64,000 nucleotides of DNA from Octopus sinensis (taxonomy: Eukaryota). Where the stretch lies: contig NC_043020.1 in NCBI RefSeq assembly GCF_006345805.1, positions 310,001 to 374,000 of the forward strand, read 5' to 3'. The notes under the pieces were generated by a model, which was not told the DNA's origin, did no database searches, and worked only from the letters and a program-made list of their open reading frames with translations. The stretch's first letter is position 1; each line of letters starts with the position of its first letter. Positions 10,794-23,848 of the stretch are shown here, one piece after another. Made by a program: the position numbers and the translations under genes.

Positions 10794-12489
10794 AATATTT
10801 ATCAATTGTTATTTTTTGCTCTATCTAAGGTGATGAGCTAGCAGAATCCTTATCAGACCCATTGAAATACTTTCCGTCCCTTTTTATTTTGTACTTGTTA
10901 ATTAACACCAAGACAATCATGGGGTTATCAAAGAGATTCTGTCTTTTTGTGTCTCTAAGAACTACAATATCAAATGTGTCCTTAATTTTTAATTTTTTTT
11001 TTAGAAATTAGGGTGTAATTTGATGGAAGTGCAGCTGTTACTTCTAGAGGGTTAAGTGACAAAGTAGAAGTCCCTGGTAAAATATGTAACAGGTACTTGG
11101 GTTCATTAAAACCAACAAAGCATGCTGTCCCATAAAGTGTGTAACCTTATACTGATGGGAAAACTCAGTACTTAATATTGTTTTACTTACCTGATGGGAG
11201 TGGGAAAAACTATGTTTTGTGAGATTTAATTTTTCTTAACAATAGAATACTTAGTAGTTATTCATTGGTTTAAGTTATTTCATTTGGCTATTTTCCGTCA
11301 GTGTATATGTGTATTTATAAACCCAACTGCATGTTTTAAATGGTTCAGATTTACAGAACAGAAAAGACAGAGACGGGTGAGGGAAAAACAAACAAGGTGT
11401 GGGTATTAGTTTGACTTGCAGTAAAGGTGGAAAAGTCTTTGATGTTTCAAGCCTGTGCTCTTCAACAGAAAGGGATAAAAGGGAAAACAGCAGAGAGAAC
11501 ACACCTGTTCCTCTTGGCTTCTTTTTATGGTATCATCATTATTATTCTGCCTGTTCCCTACTCCTCACTTCTGGCCTCACTACCGCACTCATTCCTATTC
11601 AACTTGTGCCTTGAATGTCCACCCTGACACCTTATTACTACCAATTTTATCATTTTCCAGCTCTACCTGATCACTACCACCATCTCTTCTAAAATATGAG
11701 CAGTCATGAAGTTCCTCTACAGCAAGAGACCTGTTCTGCTCTGCCCTTTTTCTCTCATACTTTAGCCCTCTCTACTCTCCAACTCCTAGCATAAAGTCCT
11801 CCTCCCCTTTGGGTTCATAATCATGCAAGCTGTATGGCAACCTCACGAGTGCTGGTGACATGAAAAAAAAAACACCTAGTACAAGCTGTAAAACAGTTTG
11901 TTAGGAAGGCCATGCAGAGCACAATGCAATCATTGGGTGTTACGGATCCTGTCAAACCATCCAAATCTTGCCAGAAGGGAACATAGCATTAAATCATGAA
12001 CCTTCTCACCAAACACACACACACACACGTGCTTGTGCACCTATATGATGAGGTTCATGTATCTAAATAAGTTCACATTGCCATGAGAGAAGAGCCAACT
12101 CTGGAGATATCAGACCCTTCTTCTATCCGTGGCACATCAACTCATCAATGACTAATAGTCTAATTTTTGCTGGTCCAAAACATCAGCAGTTTCTTGAAAA
12201 TCCTGTTTTCCTGCCCCCCCCCCCCTCTCTCTCACACACAAACAACACATACACCTACATTTAGTTATTAAGATGATAGCTTTTAAGAGACCACGCAATG
12301 CATTTTCCTCTCTTCAAGAATCTGTTGGAGTATATAGTACGCACTAGGGATTTTGACCTTTAAATTTTGGGGAAAAAATCCGGATTATACTCAAGAATTT
12401 ACGATATATATATATATACACACACACACACATTCATTTATACATTGATATGTATTACACATATGTGTGCATACACACACACACACACC

Positions 12490-12532
<43 letters not shown>

Positions 12533-13255
12533 ACTAAAAATATGTTTCTATAAACCCAGTTGTCATATTCTCATTTATTTGTCAGCTGAAGTCATTCAGC
12601 AATGTTTAAAGATAAATCACCTGAAATCTATCTTGGCTTTCTTAGTATTTCAAGATCTGATCTTGCATTGTGACTTGTGACATTCACTTATTTCACCATT
12701 GATCAGTTCTTTGATACCATTACTCCAAGCTGTCTATTATCCATCATTGTCACTAGAACAGCCGACTTTCACTTGTTGAGAAAGCTCTGGGAGGCAAAAT
12801 GTGTTATCTGAAATATGAACGATTTTTCATCTGATGTTGCCAGGCCCTGCTGATGGAGTCTCCATACATCAAAGATGCTATTCAATCAGAGAACCTCAGC
12901 ATCTTTCTATCTCTCTCTCTCTTCTACTCATTCCTTCTATTTTTACTGTCTCTGTCCCTCTCTATTTCTCCCCACTTTGTCTCTCTCTCTCTCCATCTCT
13001 GTCTCTGTCTCCCTCCCTCTCTCTCCCCATCTCTTATTTTTATTTATGCCTCTGGCCTTTCAAAGGTTTTTACAAAGGAATATATTCAAATACTGCACTG
13101 ACCTTAACAGTGTGCATGCATATGTTTTTTTGTTTAAGTTCATATGTGTGTGTGTGTGCGTGTGTCCGTGGGTTGTGTATGTATGTCTGTGCGTATGTGT
13201 GTATATGTGTGTGTGTACACATATTTTAAAGAACTTTCACCCCAGCCCAGCTACC

Positions 13256-13290
<35 letters not shown>

Positions 13291-13465
13291 CTTCATAACT
13301 GATATATCACATAGATTTTTATGGAAACGGAGTCACTATTTTTGAATATTCTTCTCTTCTGTCTTTTAATCTGCGCATTTATTTCTTTATTTACTGATCT
13401 GAATACATATATGCAACAAGTGGGCTTTTGAAGAAATGAGGGTTGGCTAGCTGCTTGTTGCATTA

Positions 13466-13503
<38 letters not shown>

Positions 13504-13506
13504 GTA

Positions 13507-13902
13507 GGCGCAGGAGTGGCTGTGTGGTAAGTAGCTTGCTTACCGACCACATGGTTCCGAGTTCAGTCCTACTGCGCGGCACCTTGGGCAAAGTGTCTTC
13601 TACTATAGCCTCGGGCTGACCAAAAGCCTTGTGAGTGGATTTGGTAGATGGAAACTGAAAGCCCGTCATATATATGTATATATATGTGTTTGTGTGTCTG
13701 TTTTTGTACCTCCAACATCGCTTAACAACCGATGCTAGTGTGTTTACATCCCTGTAACTTAGCGGTTCAGCAAAAGAAACCAATAGAATAAGTACTAGGC
13801 TTACAAAGAATAAATCATGGGGTTGATTTGCTGGACTAAAAGGCAGTGCTCCAGCATGGCCGCAGTCAAATGGCTGAAACAAGAAAAGGAGTAAAAGAGA
13901 GA
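13507..13902 (+). mobile_element. Family-A SINE, full length, following an (ATT)n run
   Basis: ggcgcaggagtggctgtgtggtaag...aaacaagaaaaggagtaaaagagagag. Confidence 0.93.
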
Positions 13903-14049
13903 GTAAAGAGTATTATTGTTATTATTATAACAAGCTGACAGAATCATTAGAGCATCAAGTACTGGGGGGGGGGGGTCGATGTAATTGACAATCCCCTCCC
14001 CCAACTTTCAAGCCTTGTGAATATAGTAGAAAGGATTATTATAATTATT

Positions 14050-14500
14050 AAGAAGGTGCCAAGCTAGCAGAACCTTTAGCACATTGGACAAAATGTTTAG
14101 TACCTTTTGGGATCAAATTCCAACAAGTTTGACTTAACATTTCATCCTTTTGAAGTCAATAAGTTATCTGCTAACTGGCCACTGGGGGTCAGTAAAATTG
14201 ACTCTCTCTCCCACCTCACCACATATTTCAGGCCTTGTGCCATTAGTAGAAAGAACTATTATTATTATTATTAGGGTGGGGGATTGACAAAATTGCTGGA
14301 GTGTCAGACAAAAAACACTTTATTATTTATCCCGGCTCTTTACATTCTAAGTTCAAATCCTACTGAATTCCACTTTGGTCAACTTTGCCTTTCATTCCCT
14401 CCAGATATGATAAAGTAATGGATCAGTCAAGTACTTCAGTTTCCCCCTCCCCTCAAAATTGTTCACCTTGTGCCTAAAGCAGAAACCAGCAGCAATAGCA
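14050..14500 (+). mobile_element. Chain of older family-B SINEs with the alternative (ATT)n tail
   Basis: Repeated gctagcagaa...ttcaaattcc...ccttgtgcc...attattatt modules. Confidence 0.7.
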
Positions 14501-14531
14501 GCAGGTAGATTTTGTTATTGCTGTGACTTAA

Positions 14532-14751
14532 CCCTTTTGTTACCATATTTATTTTGAGGTGCTTTGTATTTCTTTCAATTACTTTAAATATTACAAAGAA
14601 TTTAGTAGAATAACTTAGTTACCATTAAGCTAGTTTTAGGAACATAAATTATGACTAAGGTTTGGTGGAAGATTTTAATTCAAAACTTATGGAAACAAGA
14701 CATTTGTACTCAGAGCCAGAGCCAGTTTCAGCCAGGTTGGTAATGAAAGGG
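14532..14751. mobile_element. piggyBac-like MITE type D1 (220 bp)
   Basis: TTAA on both sides; termini CCCTTTTGTTACCA / TGGTAATGAAAGGG; a second 220-bp copy at 38586-38805. Confidence 0.85.
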
Positions 14752-14769
14752 TTAAATATCTTAGACTTT

Positions 14770-14994
14770 AATCCTTTAGCATCTACACTGGCCATATCCA
14801 GCCCAAGTATTCCACGTATTTTATATCCAACTGGCAAGGTCTAGCCTCTCACACCTACACTACAATGCCATTTCTACAAATAAACAGCCACATCATTAAA
14901 ATCTCAGAGCTACGAGATAATGCATGATTAATTTAAAACGAATGTGAATAAATAAGCATTACATTTAACAGAATAATCTGAATGCTAGAGGGTT
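14770..14994. mobile_element. piggyBac-like MITE type D2
   Basis: ttaatcctttagc ... gctagagggttaa; homologous to 19684-20131, 30001-30167 and 58373-59083. Confidence 0.8.
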
Positions 14995-15022
14995 AAAGGT
15001 CTCTCTCTGTCTCTCTTTCTCT

Positions 15023-15064
<42 letters not shown>

Positions 15065-16014
15065 CAGTACTAAATACTGTGGCTTTTCATTCTCCAAACA
15101 TAGTCTGACTTTGATGCTCCTCCATTCATATCTATTCCCATGAAACTCTAAAATTCCTCCAGTGTTCTCTCTGTTCTGTACCCATCTTGCACATGTCCCC
15201 TACACTCACTAACCCCAAACATTTACTGCACTGAGATGCCCACCACCACCACGAAACATAAACAGCCACTGTTCCCTCCAGGACACAGCAATGAATAGAA
15301 TAGAAAAGAAAAAACAAGCAACAAGCTAACATCTTGGCCTCAATTTGTATTCAGTATTTCTCATTTTATCCAAGAATATTTTTTCTTATTTTTGTTTTTG
15401 TTTTTGTTTTGCATTATTGTATATGGTTTCTTTGAACTGAGAAAACATTCAAATATCTTTTCACTTATTAGTTTTCAAGCATTGCCATTGTTTTGTTTTG
15501 TTTATGATTACCACGTACATCATCACAACCATCATCATCATCCTCATCATCCATCAACGTCTCCTTCGGTGACCACCCATCCCTCTTCCCTCTTCCATGG
15601 GTCAATTTACCATTCTACATATCTCCTCACTCAACCTGTGAAAACTTTAAGTGTTGCAAGTTTTAATTTAGCAATCAGTCATTTCATTTTAGTCTGCTAT
15701 TGTCTATCACATCCTGTATATCCATCTGTCAACATCTTCTTGTAGTGCTGCTTGTTCTTTTTCTATAGCCATCTTCCTCCTTTCTAGCTAAAGTCTTTGA
15801 CACCTTGTCACTTTATCAAACTCACTTGACTCCAGCTTATTAGAAGAGTATATGTATTTGTTTGTCTGTCTGTCTATTTATCTATGTATAATGCATTTGT
15901 GAACAATAGTGCATACATGACAGAGTGGCTAAGTTCAATTTGTAACTGTAGGTTTGGCCTTCGTTCTAATGCACAGCAGTTGGGCAAGTGTCATCTACTT
16001 CTGTTGCGGGCTTC

Positions 16015-16215
16015 TAAGTGCTGGTGCCATGTAAAAAACATCCCCGCTGGTGCTGCACCCAGTAACCTCTGTAAAGTGGTTGGCATTAGGAAGGGCATCC
16101 AGCTGTAGAAACCATGCCAAAACAGACAGGAGCCTGAACAGCTCTTCAGCTGGTTAGCTCCTGTCAAACTGTACAACCCATGCCAGCATGGAAAACAGAT
16201 CTTGAATGATGATGA
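16015..16215 (+). mobile_element. Older family-C copy
   Basis: gctggtgccatgtaaaaaac...ggaagggcatccagctgtagaaacc...gatgatgat. Confidence 0.8.
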
Positions 16216-16243
16216 TATACATTTATGTGTGTGTGTGTGTGTG

Positions 16244-16289
<46 letters not shown>

Positions 16290-16394
16290 CTATGTGTGTG
16301 TATATATATTTATACGTTTGTGCATATATACATATTAATTTATTTATATGTATATATGTGTGTGTGTGTGTATATATATATATATCTTTTAATA

Positions 16395-17111
16395 ATTTCA
16401 GTTATTTGATTGTGGCCATGCTGGAATACCACCTTGAATGGTTTTAGTCAAATGAATCGACTCCAGAACTTTTTAAAGCCTAGTACTTATTTTCTCAGTC
16501 TCTTTTGCTTAAGCGCTAAGTTACAGGAATGTAAACACACCAACCCTGGTTGTCAAGCAGTGGCGGGGGACAAATACAAACACACAACAGGCTTCCTTCA
16601 GTTTCCATCTACAAGGTCCACTCACAAGGCTTTGGTCAACTCAAGGCTTATAGTAAAATGCACTTGCCCGAAGTGCTGTACAGTTGAACTGAACCCAGTA
16701 CCATGTGGTTGCAAAGCAAGCTTCTTACCACACAGCCATGCCTGCACTTGTATATATATGTGTGTATATGCCTGTGTGTGGGTGTGTGTGTATTGACAAC
16801 CGATATATTGGTGTGTTTGCAACCCCATAACTTAGTGATCTGGCAAAAGAGACTGAAACAATAAGTACTAGATTTTTAAAGAATATGTCCGGGGGTTGAT
16901 TTGTTTGACTAAAGGCGGTGCTCCAGCATGGCCACAGTCAAATGACTGAAACAAGTAAGAGAATTTAAAATGAAATAATAAGAGAATAATCAACCCCTGT
17001 ATTTATTTCTTTTTTAAAGCTTGGTATTTATTCTATCAGTCTTTTTTGCTGTACCACTCACGAGGATGTAAACACACCAACACCAGTTGTCAAGCAGTGG
17101 AGGGGACAAAA

Positions 17112-17142
<31 letters not shown>

Positions 17143-17352
17143 CTCTCTCTTTACTCTTTTACTTGTTTCAGTCATTTGACTGCGGCCATACTGGAGCACC
17201 GCCTTTAGTCGACCCCAGGACTTATTCTTTGTAAGCCTAGTACTTATTCTATTGGTTTCTTTTTGCCGAACCGCTAAGTTATGGGGATGTAAACACACCA
17301 GCATCGGTTGTCAAGCGAGGTTGGGAGGACAAACACAGACACACAAATATAT

Positions 17353-17383
<31 letters not shown>

Positions 17384-17750
17384 CATATATACGGCGGGCT
17401 TCTTTCAATTTCCGTCTACCAAATCCACTCACAAGGCTTTGGTCGACCTGAGGCTATAGTAGAAGACACTTGCCCAAGGTGCCACGCAGTGGGACTGAAC
17501 ACAGAACCATGTGGTTGGTAAGCAATCTACTTACCACACAGCCACTCCTACGCCTATATATATATATATATTATATATATTATATATATATATACTATGG
17601 ACTTCTTTCAGTTTCTGTCTACCAAATCTATTCAAAAGGTTTTGGTAAGCCCAAAAGTAGAAGACATTTGCCCCAGGCCCTGCACAATGGGACTGAACCT
17701 AGAACCATATGGTTGGGAGGCAAGCTTCTTACCATACAGCTACACCTGCA
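16395..17750. mobile_element. Cluster of family-A SINE copies and halves in both orientations (full minus copy at 17143-17554)
   Basis: Family-A motifs at 16395-16747(-), 16760-16965(+), 17010-17140(-), 17143-17554(-) and 17596-17750(-). Confidence 0.85.
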
Positions 17751-19017
17751 CATATTCAAAACTTTTCTTTTACCACTCACTGTCAATTGAGAAACACGAG
17801 TTACAGCAAGTGATCCAGTGTGTCAAGCTGTTTTACACGTTATTTATAAGTTCTCGGCTTCATTTCATTTGTTTGTTTTTCAACATTTAAAGAGCAAGAG
17901 AGTATGGGTGTGATGAAGATTATAAAAAGCTAAAGAAAGGGAATTTGTGTGTGTGAGTGAGAGGAGAATCCTATGATATCCACCCCTGATCGAAGCAGCA
18001 CTTTGATGTTTGCTACTTATTGTGGTCCTTGCCCTGATGTGCTTTAAATACAGAACACAAATGGAAAGAAGATTTTTTTTTTTTTTTTAGTTAAAGCTTC
18101 CACGGTAATAATCACCTTAGGTTTTTCATTATTGCTTGTTACGTCTATCCATTTACATTTTCCCAGGTGTTGATAAATTAGATACCAGTTATATACTCCA
18201 GTTGATGCAATAAATCATTTTCTTCTGGCCTTACAAAGAAATCAAGTTTTTTTTTTTTTTTAGGGTTTCCTTTTTTTTTTTTTTTTTTTTAAATAATGTG
18301 GGCAAAAGAAATAGTTTCCTTTCAGAAAATAAAAGTAAACTATATTGTTAAAAACACACAAAAAAGAAAAAAAAATCCCCCAGAAATCTGTAACTATATG
18401 TTCCCAGAAAAGTGAAAAAAAAAAGCATTGACTGTGTATGTAATATATATATATATACACACACACATGCATACATGCACCAATGATATTTTTATATTGT
18501 GAAACTACATAGCCTATATACACGTGTGTGTGTGTGTTTGTACACTTGCACATGTGCATGTGCTTGCATGTTCCATTTTGCTTGAATATTTATGGAAAGC
18601 GTAAGTCTTGCAAATGCAAAAACCAGAAATTATTCATATTGTATATTTAATGGAAGTACACTTTCTCTTTTTTATTTGTTTCTCCCTTATATATATATAT
18701 ATTTTTTTTACATTATGTTTTTATTCATCACGGTGTTCTCTTTCTCGCTTTCACTTTCATGGCGAGTTTGGGAGGCATATTAAATCACTATCTAATTACA
18801 CATGACGATAATATGTATCTTACCTTTTTAAACCGTAATTGAAAGAGTTGTTTATCGTGCATTAAGAATTCGAGAATATATATGGAAATTCTCTTCTCTC
18901 ACACATCAAACGGATATGCATTTTGTTGTGAATAAAATGTTTACATTATCTGTATAATATTTGTGGAAATGTCAGCTTGGCTCAGAGGTTATAATCTAAT
19001 TTTGCTTCATAAATGAT

Positions 19018-19050
<33 letters not shown>

Positions 19051-19683
19051 TTGATGATGACGATAGCTGTGACGATAATGTATTACCAGATAATTGCGTC
19101 GGGGAAATTTTCATATCATAAATATGAATGTAATCAGAGTAGTCTTCATTGAACGTTTGGTAGATGGTGCTGGCAATTCAGCCTATGATTATTACGGCTT
19201 GGTTGGTGTTACTGAATCATAAAAAGGGGCTGTAAATGACTATTGGCTCTTCAAAAGTGTGAAAGGAATCAACTACCTAAGCAAGGGAAAGTGAGAGAAA
19301 GCGAGAGAAAAGGAGAGAAACTGGTTCCTTATCTATATAAAAGCATCTGATTAAAGAACTGATAATAATTTCCCATTACTTTTATTATCGTTATACATTT
19401 ATGGTGTGTGTAAAGGAGAGATGTGGCCATTATGTAATGTAGAGATATGATGGTGAAAATGGAGGTATGCCTTTAGTTTTGAAAAGCCTGTAATTTCTTT
19501 ACAATAGCACCGTGATGAAACTCTTGTGGCAGTAACTGAAAGGAGTAGATCCATTGCTACTGTTGGGAGGTTGATCTAGTTCATGCAAGCACACTAATAG
19601 AAGTAGTCAAATCAGCATTTAGCAAAGACAACTTTATGTATGCTGTGCTCAGAGGAGCCCTGGTTGTTGTGGCTGGTGTTTAA

Positions 19684-20131
19684 CCCTTTGGTGTTTTAAA
19701 CTGGCCATATTCGGACCAAATATTCTACATGTTTTATATTTGAACTAGCTGTATCTAGCCTTTCACACCTAACCTACATTGGCATTCTAAAAATCACACA
19801 CTCGTGCTCTTCGTCGTACTCAGACTTACTCCCCGGCAATCAACCGCTCGTGTTCATGCTCATGCATGATACCGAGAATTCGGCACATAAAATCGCCGCT
19901 TTGTGCCTCGTCGATAACACACGGACACACACACTCGTGCTCTTCGTCGTACTCAGACTTACTCCCCGGCAATCAACCGGCCGCATAACTTAGTGCACTC
20001 GTGCACTCTTGATCAAGAACTGCAAGCCCGTTGCCTTGAGATTTCAAAGCTATGAGATAATGTATGATTAATTCAAAACAATTTGAGTGAAAAAGCATTA
20101 CATTTAACAGAATAATCTGAACACCAAAGGG
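19684..20131. mobile_element. piggyBac-like MITE D2 carrying a ~240-bp foreign insert
   Basis: TTAA-CCCTTTGGTGTT ... AACACCAAAGGG-TTAA (perfect 12-bp TIR); insert at ~19795-20036. Confidence 0.88.
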
Positions 20132-21893
20132 TTAAGTCAGTCTTCATTGAGTAGACTTAACTTCAAAGACATTCCAGGTTTTAGCCATCTCTTCTTTTAT
20201 TCACACAGTGTATCTAGGACAACATATCTCAGTGTGTTCTGTTTAAAAGCAAGAGGATTTGGTTGCTACTACTAAGAGATGTCAAGTAACTCTTTAGAGG
20301 CTTAAACTTTGGTGAAACTCCATTATTTTCCAGTGGGTCATTTCTATCTCTTTAACCTGTCCAAAGCATTTTATAGTTTGCCCTAAATGTCCATGCTTGT
20401 TTTTAGACCTTAGATTATCCCTTCTTTCATATGGTCCAAGTAACATAAATCTTTCCTTTTCATAAGTCCCAAGTTACTCTGATGCTTGAAGAAAAAAATG
20501 TGAAAATGAAGAGGATTTGGCTGCTGCTACTAGTAAGTCTAGCGACTATGTTGAGGCTGAAACTTTAAAACTCCATCGTTTAATCAGTATTCTAGTAATG
20601 GCAATCTCCTCTTCCTCCTTTCTGGTATATGTTGGCACCAGTGACAGCCTTATTTTAAAGATGAATTTATTTGCAGGATATTTAGCTGATATATAGAGCA
20701 AATGAAGCTACTATGTGAAAAATTGCTTACTAGCAAGTATAATAGCCAAAGGATGGAGGTAAATAATGCCATTGTTAGTCAACTACAGGTTCGAAGTTTG
20801 CTCTTTAGGTCACTGAACAGTTGCTAAAGATATTGATTAAGATATTGATAGATGATGATAAAGATGGTGAGCAGAACAACGATGATGATGTTGATCTAGA
20901 CAGGGAAATCCTATTCAACTGGAACCTATCTTTCTTTCATTTTCAAAATATCTACTTGGTTATGAAATTGGCCCTTTCTCTGTTCGTTTGTGTTTTATTA
21001 TTCTATGTTTGCGTCTCATTCAAAAGATATTACTTTCAAAACAATTCATTATTTTATTACCAATATTCTTATTGGACATATGAATTAATGACATATTTAG
21101 AAATTATTTCATTTCCTCTAAGATTAACCTGACATTTTCCAACAAACATCAATTTCCTAAACCATTAAATTTGACTGTCACCTGTTAAGATTTCAGGCTG
21201 TGTTGCTCTCCTACAAGAAACTTCTCTGTTGAATCAGCGAAATGCTTTTGAGAATCGAATATTTATCTGCGTATAACAGTGTATGCTCAGCAAGTAAAAT
21301 ATATTTGATGCTGCTGCAAGATGCTAACTTCCATATAAATCACATATTGTCACTTTCTATATCAAACACGAACACTGTCCATGAATTCTGAATCAGGATA
21401 CAAAGGAAAAAGCTAAAAGCCTGACAGCATTTATTTCTTCGATATTAACATATTTCGTATGTCGCTTGATTTCACTTTTATTTATTTGGTCATTTTTTTC
21501 CTTTTATTGTGACCAGTTTTTTTTCCCCCCTTAGCCTGCTATGGGTTTATTTGCCCTGCAAGTTTTTGATATTACCAATTGCTATTTTTTTGGTAACTTA
21601 CAGCTGGCTGGCCCACTACATATTTTGCGGTATTAATTTCATTTTCTTCTTATTTTTTATCTTACACTTTTACTGCCTCAATTTTAATGTCTCCATGACA
21701 TTTTCTTGAGAAGTTACAAAAATTTGTATCATTTATCCTCCATTCATTCTTTCTACTGCACTATTTCAGAGTGATTTCAGCGAGAATGAAACCTGTGAAA
21801 GTGTTTAACTTAGAATCACCGATTTTCTTCAGATTTAACTTAGTGCCAAATTTACTTCATAACTTTTCCATTATTAGTTAAATTTGCTTTTAT

Positions 21894-21925
<32 letters not shown>

Positions 21926-22249
21926 TTAACATCCGTTGTCCATGGTGGCATGGGCTGGATGGTTTGATCAAGGCTGATAAACTGAGAGGTTGCACTAGAC
22001 TCCACTCTGTATGTATATGTATGTGTGTGTGTATATACACATATACACACACACATACACACAGGTGTAGCTGTATGTTTAAGAAGTTTACTTCCCAACC
22101 ACTTAGTTTCAAGTTCAGTCTCACTGTGTGGCATCTTTGCCAGGCGGTTTCTGCTATAAACCCAGGTTGACTAAAGATTTGGTATGCAAAAACTGAAAGA
22201 AGCCTGGTGTTTATTATATATATATATAACTTGACTCGGTTGGTTATGA

Positions 22250-22532
22250 ATGGCCATGGGTGCACCTAAGAGATTCCCCTCCAGGGTACGAATCTGAGCT
22301 GAAAGTCACCTCACTGGTGATCGCACAACCTAGGGTTGTTTTTATGGAAGACCAGCAGTCGCCCATGCATACCAGCCTCTCCTCTCCATGCCACCGATTT
22401 TATCGAATGGAAAGGCAAAGGGGCCGATACAGCTTGGCACCAGTGACTTTGCAACTCATTCCTACAGCTGAGTGAACTGGAGCAATGAGAAGTAAAGCAT
22501 CTTGCTCAAGAACACTACACACAGCCCGGTCT
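22250..22532 (-). mobile_element. SINE with a V/Meta-like core (family E), 5' truncated
   Basis: ctacagctgagtgaactggagcaa...cttgctcaagaacac...acagcccggtc is the reverse complement of a cttgagcaag-type core that follows a tRNA head. Confidence 0.55.
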
Positions 22533-22589
22533 GTTTCCCTTGTTAACTCTTGTGGGTTCGAGGTTCAACCTACAAGAGTTAACAAGAGA

Positions 22590-22800
22590 GACAGAGACAG
22601 GCAGAAATAAGGAAAATACCACTTGTATTTGAACACTATACAAATATTTGAAAAAAAACAACTTTTCTCTTAATTTTTCCAAATTTAAGTGCTTTCCATA
22701 CTTACAGTTGAAAAAGTCTCAATGACTGAAACCGGTACTGAAATGTTTTTATAAAATTATTTTAGCATTTTCTATCTTGAATTTTTTTTCTCCATATATA
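22590..22800 (+). mobile_element. Penelope-like terminal-repeat remnant ending at (TA)n
   Basis: AT-rich block containing a decayed hammerhead motif and abutting a TA microsatellite. Confidence 0.45.
22705..22740 (+). ncRNA. Decayed minimal hammerhead ribozyme motif
   Basis: CAG-TTGAAAA-AGTC-TCAAT-GACT-GAAAC-CG-GTA-CTG: stems I and II and palindromic stem III (ACCGGT) are present. The CUGANGA core has two substitutions. Confidence 0.55.
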
Positions 22801-22862
22801 TATCAACTTGTGTGCTCCTTTTCAACCTTCTACATATATAGATGTATATATATATGTATATA

Positions 22863-22916
<54 letters not shown>

Positions 22917-23214
22917 CTTAATGTATGTGTCTTCCTCTTTGTCCCACCATCACTGATATATATGTATATATATATATATATATAAATATATATCTTGAGA
23001 TGTATGTGTCTTTTTGTCTGTTCTACCACCACTGCTCAGCAACTGGTGTTGGTTTGTTTATGTCCCCATCACTTAGCTATTTAGAAAAAAGAGACCTTTA
23101 GAATAAGTACCAGGTTTAGGAAAATTGGTCCCGAGGTTGATTTGTTCAGCTAAACCCTCAAGGCAGTATCTCAGCATGACCACACTTTGATGGCTGAAAC
23201 AAGAGATACAAGAA

Positions 23215-23253
<39 letters not shown>

Positions 23254-23514
23254 CATCTATATGTTGATATCTCCTTGTCTTGACTTGGTGTAAGTGTTGT
23301 AAATGAATGCCATTCATTTCTAATACTCTTCAGAAATATGTTTCACTGTGGGGAAATATTACCGTGCTTGGAAACAGCTAAGGGTTGGCAACAGGAAGGG
23401 CATCTTTCTGTAGAAAATTTGCCTCAATAAACTTCACCTAACTCATGCATGCATTGGAGTATATACATTGAAATTGTGATAATGATAATGTATGCATGTC
23501 TGTATATATATATA

Positions 23515-23760
23515 TATCATCATCATCACCATCATCATCGTTTAACATCCACTTTCCATGCTGGCATGGGTTTGACAGTGCAACTGGGGTCTGGGAAGCC
23601 AGAAGGCTGCACCAGGCCCAGTTTGATCTGGCAATGTTTCTACGGCTGGATGCCCTTCCTAACACCAACCACTCCATGAGTGTAGTGGGTGCTTTTTACG
23701 TGCCAGACGAGGCTGGCAAACGGCCACGATCGGATGGTGCTTTTTACGTGCCACCGGCAT
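23515..23760 (-). mobile_element. Family-C retroposon
   Basis: Near-identical reverse complement of 10078-10337. Confidence 0.9.
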
Positions 23761-23777
23761 GGTGAGCCACCATATAC

Positions 23778-23848
<71 letters not shown>

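Noticed and set aside
11184-11200. U1 snRNA-like tacttacctg
   Set aside because: Only the first ~10 nt match; it is simply a reverse-strand donor-like motif.
13507-13585. tRNA genes at SINE heads
   Set aside because: A/B-box-like motifs continue into SINE bodies; no complete cloverleaf is evident.
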